Assembly (NCBI RefSeq): GCF_009914755.1
Contig: NC_060946.1
Source: the human T2T-CHM13v2.0 reference genome, Homo sapiens
Length of the DNA: 64,000 nt
Reading direction: 5' to 3' (one strand)
Below are positions 52,520-64,000 of this stretch, one piece after another (position 1 is the stretch's first letter; every line of letters begins with the position of its first letter). The position numbers and the translations under genes were made by a program. The notes beneath the pieces were generated by a model. It was not told where the DNA came from and did not search any database. It saw only the letters and a program-made list of their open reading frames with translations.

Positions 52520-52958
52520 TTAGGTACCTGACATTTACTAGGTGTTCAATAAATTTTGGCCCCTTCCAGTGGTGTGCTAGCAAATGTTGAATAACTGACT
52601 TTCAAAAAAAAAGGCTCTGATTTAGCATTGGCCAGTTTCTGTGGTGTAAATACTAATCATGGCCAATTTCAAGCTATTGACATGATGTCATAGCATTTGG
52701 AGTTGGGATAATAAGTAGATGGGGGTGAAACTGAGTCCCTGGGTTCAGAGTCACACAGCCGATTAGTGGCAGAGCTGGGACTATGTTGTGTGCCTCCTCA
52801 CTCCCAGTCCAGATCACTTTTCACATTTTGATGCTCTTGGAACTTGCCAGGGTGCTGTCCTTCCTGGCAAAATGGCCACATAGAGAGAATTTTGGGCGAT
52901 TGCTGAAATTAAATCCTTCTAGCCAGGATCTAATAGGTCAGCCTTGCTTTCGATTATA

Positions 52959-53735
<777 letters not shown>

Positions 53736-53804
53736 TACATAGAAATGGGTCACATGGAAGAACTCCTACATGCCTGTGCAATGTTGACAATCAGATTGTC
53801 TCAT

Positions 53805-54127
<323 letters not shown>

Positions 54128-54481
54128 GAGATTGTCTCATTTTCTAGCCTTGTGCATACCCCTCCCCGCCCGGATTACTTGTCATCATGGAATGAAGCTT
54201 CTACTTTCTAATGTCCTTCAGGCTGTAGACCCCGAGGTTGGATAAGCTTCCCTTGTTCTGTAATACAAACTGTCCTGGGAAAGATGGAAAAGCCACATCC
54301 GGTGTTGTTGGCAAACAAACCATGGAGGCCTCACCTTGATGTTGATCCTACATGACCTTTCTGTTCCAGGGGCATTCAGATGATGTTATGGGAGACGCTT
54401 TGAAGATCAGATGCTAGGTCTTAGAAGAAAGACCATCCGTAAAGAATCCTTTGCTTTCTCGCCTAGCATATCAGTAGATCG

Positions 54482-54482
<1 letters not shown>

Positions 54483-54526
<44 letters not shown>

Positions 54527-54640
54527 CCTACCTACCTACCTACCTATCCGTCCTATCTATCTATATCTATCATCTTTCTACCCATCTATCTGTCTCTATG
54601 TATCTATCTGTCTCTATCTTTATCTTGCTAGCTAGCTATC
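54483..54640. repeat. (TCTA)11(CCTA)5 STR with a degenerate extension
   Basis: Read directly from sequence. Confidence 0.93.
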
Positions 54641-54719
54641 TCATTCCTTTATATTGCTTCATTTAATCCATCAAGCATTCATTTGGCATGTTCTATGTAC
54701 TGAGAAGAACTGTGTTCAC

Positions 54720-54766
54720 AGGTTGTGGATTCAATGATAGATGGTCTATTTTTGAATCCACAACCT
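54720..54766. repeat. Inverted repeat with a 15-bp perfect stem
   Basis: aggttgtggattcaa 54720-54734 / ttgaatccacaacct 54752-54766. Confidence 0.95.
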
Positions 54767-54982
54767 ATGGATTCGAAGAAAGATAGTCTTTAGGAAACAT
54801 GTTTACATGGGATATAAATGTATGCTTAATACTCAGAGAGACCCAGATTCAAATCCCAGCTCTGCTACCTACTTGCTGAGTGACCTTGGATAAATTGCTG
54901 CCCTACACCACCCACCAGGCCTCTGTTTGCTTATATAGAAAGAAAGTTAGTCCTTACTTTGTGAGACTGCTGTAAAGGTTCA

Positions 54983-55313
<331 letters not shown>

Positions 55314-56959
55314 GTACTTGATGTAAAATCTGGTGCATAGTATGTGCACAATAAATCTCAGCTTTGCTTGCTTGCTTGGTTGATTGATTTTGTCTGTACT
55401 GTACTAAACTTAGTTTGGGGACTAAATATACAAATACAAATCATACATATATAGCCCTTGTTTTTAGGAGCCTATGTCTTCTGGGAAAAGCAGGTGTGTT
55501 TGGTAATTAGAAGTGTTTGATAATACTCAGGGAGGTATTTATAAGCACTGTGGGTGTCTAGTGTGCTGGGCCTAAATCAGCCTGAAAAATAAGAGGTATC
55601 GTCTGTGGATTTTCAAGTCCTTTGTCCCATTTAACCCTCTAGAGAACCCCGAGAGGTTGGGAAATATTGCCCCATTTCAACAGAAGGCCCAGAAAAATCA
55701 AGGCACAGTGGCCAGCGTTCTCTGCTGCACCTGGAGGGTACTAGACACCCTGAGGCATCCTTGCTAGGCCTAAGCTGTGGCCACTACAGAGGTCCAGATA
55801 CTTCCAGGAAGGTCTGATTGTCAGTGAGGCAGTCTCTGTGTGCAGCCAGGAATCTCCGAGTGCAAAGGACAGAGGAATAGAAATCTAGCAGGACAGGCTT
55901 GGCTCTAATCCCACATCTCAGGGCCAGAGAGCAGAAGAGATTCTGAGTGGAGTGAGATGACCATCTCTGGTCTCTTACTTAGGCCCAGTCCATGGGCTTA
56001 TGTCTGGGGCCCCAGAGGAGTGAGGGCAGCAAAGAACAGACAATGGGCTCCACGCAGACCTCTGCAACACACTGGAGCCTGAGCCCAATGCTGCAGGACC
56101 CATCAACAACAAGAAGGAGGGAGAAGGTGTATGACCCCCCTCCCTGCAACTCTCCCATGATCTCCATGGACACCCAAAGATATACACTGCAGCACCCAGC
56201 AAAGACGTGGTACTTGGTAAGGACAGTGGTACCCGCTTGTTCCACAGGGAACATACTAATCGTGTTTGTAAACCTGTCTGAGAGAGCCCCTGAGATGGGT
56301 TTGAATACCCGGCTGTGGAGGAACTATAAGAGCTGAGGTCCTATGGAGAAAAGAGGCAGTCAAGTTGGTATTTATTTATGCATTTACAACTATTAATGGG
56401 GCAGCTTTTATGCCCACAGACTGCTGAGGCCCAGATTAAGCTAGCACAGGAGTTTGACAAGAGAAGAGGAAAACTAACCCTGTGCTTTGAAAATCCAATT
56501 CACATTTCTTGAGTATGACTATGTCCTAGGCAGTGGGGATATAAAGGAGAATAACATAACACCATCTATTGGAGACACCAATGAGAAAACCAGAATTGTA
56601 GTTCAACGCAATAAAGGCTATGCTGGTAATACTTGTGATAATCCCTGAACCAACTGGTATGGCCAATCATAGGCATGAGATCTCAGCTAGTCCAGTCAGA
56701 GTGAATCTCAGAGCTCTTTACTGTTTAAAAACCTTGTTCTTTTTTCTTCTAGGTGTTGGAATATGGATATGAGTCATGGAACTCTGGGGCTATGTTGCTG
56801 CCAGGTAAGAAGCTGTTCTAGGAACGACAAAATCAATGGACATAGAAAGGCAGACTGGAGGAGAAGGGAAAGGGAGCTGAGCCCTGCTGATAGAGTAAAC
56901 CTCTGGATTAAACTATGCCTGAAGCACACATCCCTGTTTGACTTTTCATTTATATAAGC

Positions 56960-57493
56960 TGTATTACTCAGGGTTCTCCAAAGAAACAGAAACAAGCAGA
57001 AATACATATATTTCTCTATAGAGAGATATATAGAAAGAGATTTATTATGAGCGATTGGCTCATGTGACTGTGGAGACTGAGATGTCCCATGCTCTGCTGT
57101 CTGCAAGCTGGAGGCCCAGGAAAGCTGGTGGTGTATTTCCTATCCGAAATTGAAGGCACCAAAACAAGGGGTGCCAATGGTGTAAGTCCCACTTTGAGTA
57201 CAAAGGCTTGAGAGCCAGAATCACTGATGTTCAAGGGCAGAAGAAGACAGATGTCCCAGCTCAACCAGAGAGAAAATTCTCCCTTTCTCTGCCTTTTTGG
57301 TCTATTCAGGCCCTCAATGGATTGGATGGTGTCCACCTGCATAATTGAAGGTGGATCTTCTTTACTCAGTCGACTGATTCAAATGCTGATCTCTTCCAGC
57401 AACATCCTCACAGACACACCAGAAATAATGTTTTACCAGCTATCTGTGTATCCCTTAGCCCAGTAAAACTGACACATACAATTAACTATCACA
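56960..57493. mobile_element. MLT2 (ERVL) solo LTR inserted in an older MLT1-like LTR
   Basis: tgtattactcagggttctcca...aattaactatcaca; 5-bp TSD TAAGC. Confidence 0.85.
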
Positions 57494-57919
57494 TAAGCCA
57501 ATACTCTTTATTGTTTAAGGCCATTCGAAGTGGGTTTGTCACAACTTGCAATTGACAGCATCTTACAACACAGTAAAGACAGAGTGGAAGATTCAGGTCC
57601 TTAAAGGCTATAAAATGCCTTGAGTACTCATTTAACAAATTGCAACTCTTTCTTCAAAGTCATGGGGGACTTCTTGAAGCAAAGGGTGGGGTAAATGATC
57701 AGGTTCTTATATTTTAAATATCTTGCTGGCTCCAACGTGGAAGCTGGATTGAAGTAGGGCAATAGTGAACAAGAGGGGCAATATGGGGCTTAGGGGAAGT
57801 TTAACAATTGCCCAAGTAATGAGTGTAATATGGTATCCTGAATGAAACCATGGGACAGAAAAAGAACATTAGGTAACAACTAGAGAAATCTGAATAAAGT
57901 ACAGGCTGTGGTTAATAAC

Positions 57920-58312
57920 TGCCTTAGTCCATTTTGTGTTGCTATAACACAATACCACAGACTGGGTAATTTATAAAGAAAAGAAATTTATTTGGCTCAT
58001 GGTTCTGCAGGCTGGAAAGTCCAAGAGCATGGCACCAGTATCTGGCAAGGACCTTTATGTTGTGTCATTCCATGGCGAAAGGTGGAAGAGTAAGGGAGCA
58101 TGTGAGAAAAAGGAAATCAGGCTGAACTCATCCTTTTATCAGGAGCCCACTCCTGCAATAGCTAACCTACCTCCCCCATGACAGCATTAATCCATTCATG
58201 AAGACAAAGCCCTCATGATTAAATCACCTCTTAATGGTCCCACCTCTTAATACCATCACAATGGCAATGAAATTTCAACATTAGTTTTGGAGAGGACATC
58301 CAAACCATAGCA
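57920..58312. mobile_element. MST (MaLR) solo LTR inside an L1ME fragment
   Basis: tgccttagtccattt...caaaccatagca; flanks ataac/ataat. Confidence 0.85.
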
Positions 58313-59159
58313 ATAATGATGCATGAATATTAGTTCATTAATTGTGAATAGTGTATCATCTGAATGTAAGATGTTAACAACAGGGGAAACTGGGTGTGTG
58401 GTTTGTTGGAGCACTCTGCACTACCTTTGCAATTTTTCAGTAAATCTAAGACTATTCTAAATCAAAAAGGTTATTTTAAATTACCTTTAAAAAGCAGCTA
58501 AAAATGTTTTGGTTTCAATGTGTTTATGCTTTCACGTCTATTCCTTTATTGATCTGCAAGTATTTATTGAGCACCTACTCTATGCCAGGCTCTGGGCTGA
58601 GTCCTGGGAATGAGCTAGTATCTTGCTTAGGCTCAGGAAAACATTAATGGTTTTATCTTCTATCTTATTCACATGACTATGAGGTCTACAAGTAATGGCC
58701 CAGAACTCTGGCTGGAGTCCCTTTCCCAGCCTTGCCAGTGACTGTTAACTATAACTTCACCTCCCTTGGCCTCTATTTCCTCTTCTTGTCATTTACAAAG
58801 ACTTGTGCCTGGTTTGCCTACATTAGTCATAAGTCATGAGGCTCAAATGGGCACCAGAACATAAAATCAGGCCGTGGCTTGAATGGACTTTAATGGCTAT
58901 CCAGGCCAATCACTATTTGATACACAGGGAAACTGAGGCCCAGAGAGGGTAAGTGACTGGCACAAGGTCACACAGCTAAAACCAGAAATCAGACCTTCTC
59001 GTGCTTTCCACTATAGAAGTCTGGAAGGGTCCTGGAAAGTTTAAAAACTTATGTAGGTAAATGCAAGGACAAATTTCTATTTTTACAAGTTCCAAAATTG
59101 CTAAATTCAGACACATCGGGTTTGTATCTTTGGCAAATTCAACTGAAATTTGAATCTAA

Positions 59160-59511
<352 letters not shown>

Positions 59512-60489
59512 TTGCATATCTTTTTATTTGTTCATTCATTTATATGTAACTTCATTTCATTTTTTGAGCCTAGTTTCACCCTACTCTGTATGATTTGGCT
59601 AAGTTAATAATTTCTCCTTGTTCCCATATTTAAGCAGGAGTAGGGAGAGAGCGATGCTGTCAGTAGCATCTCTCCCTCCCCGTCTCACCATGCTCCCGTT
59701 TCTGGGAATCCTAATAGTCTTCAATAGTAGGGCTGCAGGAAGAGGGATGACAACAGGTAGCGAAAGGACTGGAACTGCCTGGCTCAGGGATCCCCAAGGC
59801 TGGCCTGTGGCCAGTTGGCAGCACAGGTTAGTGATTATGTCCAGAGAGCTTAGATGCAAACTCTGTGATACAAATTCTAGCATTTCCTGGCAGCAAAACA
59901 TCAGGCAAGTTATTCATTCACCCTGTACTTCTGTTTCCTCATCTGTAAAATGGGGACCACCCTTACCTCATGGGAGCACTGAGAGAATTAAATGAGATAA
60001 TACATGAAACGTGCTTAGCACAGGTTGTGACGTATCATAAGAGTTTAAAATTACTGGTTCAGGTCCCTAAACTTATCCAATCCACAAGTTTTACGCTCAT
60101 GAAAACTGAGGCCCAGAGAGGTGGTAAGACCTCCTGGGAGGCAGTGACCTGCTGCCACTGGAGTCCTTGAATATTCACAGACCATGACGGGCCCTAAGAA
60201 GGTCCTTGTGGTGGTTTCACTGGGGTGGAAGGATCCTGCTCTCCAATCCTCACCTTCCTATCCCATTTCCATTAGTCTTCACTTCTGGCCCCTTAATATT
60301 TCATCCATCCCTACTAGATCTGCATCCCTGGTGCCTTCCTGTCATTTCCCTTGTTTCTTTCCCACCACACCACAGAGAATAATTAAAGGTCCTTGGCTAG
60401 GAGTGATGAAGCTTGGGGGAGGAGGAGGGTGGAGAATCAGAGGCACAAGACTCTTTGACCATTATGCAGTGAGTGGTATAGAAAAGAAA

Positions 60490-61040
60490 GTGGAATTCAC
60501 TTCTGCATATAAACCCCCAAAAATTGAAAGCAGGGTCTCAAAGAGGTATTCATACACCCATATTGAGAGCAGCATTATTCACAATAGCTAAATGGGGAAA
60601 CAACGCAAGGGTCCATCCAGCAATGCATGGATAAACAAAATGTCATCTATCCATACAGTGGAATACTTTTCAGCCTTAAAACGGAAGGAAATTATGACAC
60701 ATGCTACAACATGGATGAACCTTGAAGATATTATGCTAAATGAAATCAGCCAGTCACAAAAAGACAAATACTGTGTGATTCTATTTCAATGAAGTGCCCA
60801 GAATAGGCAAATTCATAGACAGGAAATAGAATGGTAGTTGCCAAGGGCTACAGAGAAAGGGGAGATGGGACTTATTGTTTACTTGGTACAGAGTTTCAGT
60901 TTTGCAAGACGAAGACTTCTGGAGATGGATGGTGGTTATGGTTATACAATAACACGAGTAAACGAATGCCACTGAATTGTACACTTAAAAATGGTTGAGG
61001 TGGTGCATTTTACATTATGTGTTTTTTTACAATTAAAAAG
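60490..61040 (+). mobile_element. L1MB-like 3' end
   Basis: gcagcattattcacaatagc, acatggatgaaccttga, cactgaattgtacacttaaaaatggtt. Confidence 0.85.
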
Positions 61041-62162
61041 GAAAAAGGAAGGTGGGAGAGCTCTAAAATTAGAAGGTAACAGTTTGATTAAGTGTTACCA
61101 GTTTGAATAACTGATTAGTGGCATGAATGTACCACTTCCGTTTTGAACGTGGCTCAGATCTCCTGTGTTCCTATCCCAGCTTTACCACTTTCTTGCTGAG
61201 TGACCTTGAGCAAGTTGCTTGACCTCTCTGATACTCTTTCCTCACCTGTAAAATACAGATAATAATAGTACCTATGTCACAGGGTTGTTGTGAAAATGAA
61301 ATGACATGATCCATGAAGAATGCTTAGCACAGAGCCTGGCATATTTACTTTTCATTTAGCAAATATTTATTAAGCTCCTACTATGTGCCAGTAAATGCTG
61401 AAGATGCAACAGTGAACAAAATGGACAAAAGTCTCTGCCCCTGTGGAGTCTATATGTCCATGTGCATTAGCCTGCATTTCCGAGAAAGCAGAACATGAGG
61501 CAAAACCTTATGTGTTGCTCTTTTACAAGTGGGGGTGCAGTCCCAGGGAAATACGAGTGAAGGAAAAGAGGAATGAGACAGGGAAAGAAAGGAGAGACAA
61601 CGCAAGCATGCGATCCTGTCTGGTCGTCTCTTGGTATCAAGAGCTACTGGTTGCCCCTCTTATGGGACCATCTTTGGTGGGGCTACATGAATTACTGTGT
61701 TTAAAGATCATTCAACTGGGAGCAGGAAGGGGAAGGAACAGATGCATCAACTTCCAGTCTAGATTTGTCAAAGGTTTGCTGCAAAGGGCAATCATTAAAA
61801 ACCCAAGTTGCTTATGAATGGTTGCTGAGTCAGTTCTGCTGCTCTTAAGTCTCAGCATCAACATGACAGTGAGCAAGGGCTGCAGAGCTTTCCCTGTGTA
61901 GAGGTGGTCAGAGCCCATGCACAGTTGATCACCCCCATGGCAACGGAATAGAACTAGTAGCCAAGGGTCCCAAATATAGCAGAGGCCAGAAGTCCACAGC
62001 AGTGCCCAAGAAGTGTCAGATACAATGTATGTAATGCATGTGCCTGTACCTACCCACGTCTAGGTACATATTATAATTAAAACTCAGATGCCTCCAGCAT
62101 CTACAGCTAAGAACACTTTCAGGCAAATACAGTTCTGCTGATTATCCCTAGAAGGACAATCA

Positions 62163-63122
<960 letters not shown>

Positions 63123-63425
63123 AACACATGAGAAATTACAACCTTTATTACCAGAGTCAGAGCCTGACTATATTGATTGAGTGAAGCCTTCCTTTATAAA
63201 ATGCAAAGCATGTAAACAATTCCAACACAGTAACATATTCATGAGTTTTTAAAGTCATGAGTTTTAGAGAAAATATTTTACTTAAAACCAGCACTTGATG
63301 ATCTCTGACAATGTTACGTAGCCTGAACCTGGAGTTTTGGCTGATGGGTTGTCTCAGCCTGTGACAGGTTTTAGCTGGCTTTGGTTCATCTTCTATCACA
63401 CCCCCACACTCACATGCTCACACAC

Positions 63426-63870
63426 TGTCTTAGTCAGCTCGGGCTGCCATCACAAAATACCATAGACTGGGAGGCTCAAATAACAGAAACTTATTTCTCA
63501 CAGATCTGGAGGCTGGGAAGTCCAAGGTCAAGGTGCCAGCAGACTCAGTTCCCCAGTGAGGGCTCTTTTCCTGTCTTGCAGGTGTCCACCTTCTTACCAT
63601 GTCCTATGGCAGAGAGAGAGAGACTGAGAGAGAGAGGGGGATAGGAAGAGAGAGAGAGAGAGAAAGAGAGAGAGTGAGAGAGAGAGTGCACATTGCCCTG
63701 GTCTCTTCATCTTCTTAGAAGAACACGGATCCCATCATGGGAACCTGGCCCCCATGACTTCATCTAAACCTAATTACTTCCCAAATGTTCCCATTTCCAA
63801 AAACGTCACACTGGGGGTTACAGCTTTAACATGAATTTTAGGGAGACAGAAACATTCGGTCCATAATACA
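63426..63870. mobile_element. MLT1A-like MaLR LTR with an internal (GA)n
   Basis: tgtcttagtcagctcgggctgccat..gaagtccaaggtcaaggtgccagcaga..aacatgaatttt. Confidence 0.8.
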
Positions 63871-64000
63871 TGCCCTGTGATATACCCCCATAAAATAAAT
63901 ACACTGAGTGGCTGTTGGGTTTGTCTTCAGGTGGAAGGGTCTGATCCTCTGAACTTCCAGATAGGGTTCTTGAATGATCCACACCACATCTGCTTCAGTG

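Overview
Human-type genomic DNA, dense in Alu, L1 and LTR elements, recognisable as the beta-crystallin cluster on 22q11.23. It holds the last coding exon and poly(A) signal of CRYBB3 (233-519). It also holds the complete CRYBB2 gene on the + strand: TATA box 12787, non-coding exon 1, five coding exons (54+119+133+143+169 = 618 nt, 205 aa, all GT-AG introns) and poly(A) signal 25011. The remaining ~39 kb has no convincing protein-coding exon and consists mostly of nested transposable elements. Almost all ORFs in the supplied track are Alu, microsatellite or antisense artefacts. No wholly new biological system is demonstrable from sequence alone. The best leads are: (1) a hairpin ending exactly at the intron-3 acceptor that looks like an unannotated paralog of the MIR6817 tailed mirtron; (2) a CTCF/NF-Y/Sp1 promoter-like island with a strong splice donor 4 kb downstream of CRYBB2; (3) an ERVL-LTR-derived candidate alternative first exon upstream, plus a recurring Maf half-site 11-mer; (4) several old local duplications and template-switch scars. 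Repeat family names come from recognition of consensus sequences, not a RepeatMasker run, and repeat boundaries are approximate unless target-site duplications (TSDs) are given.
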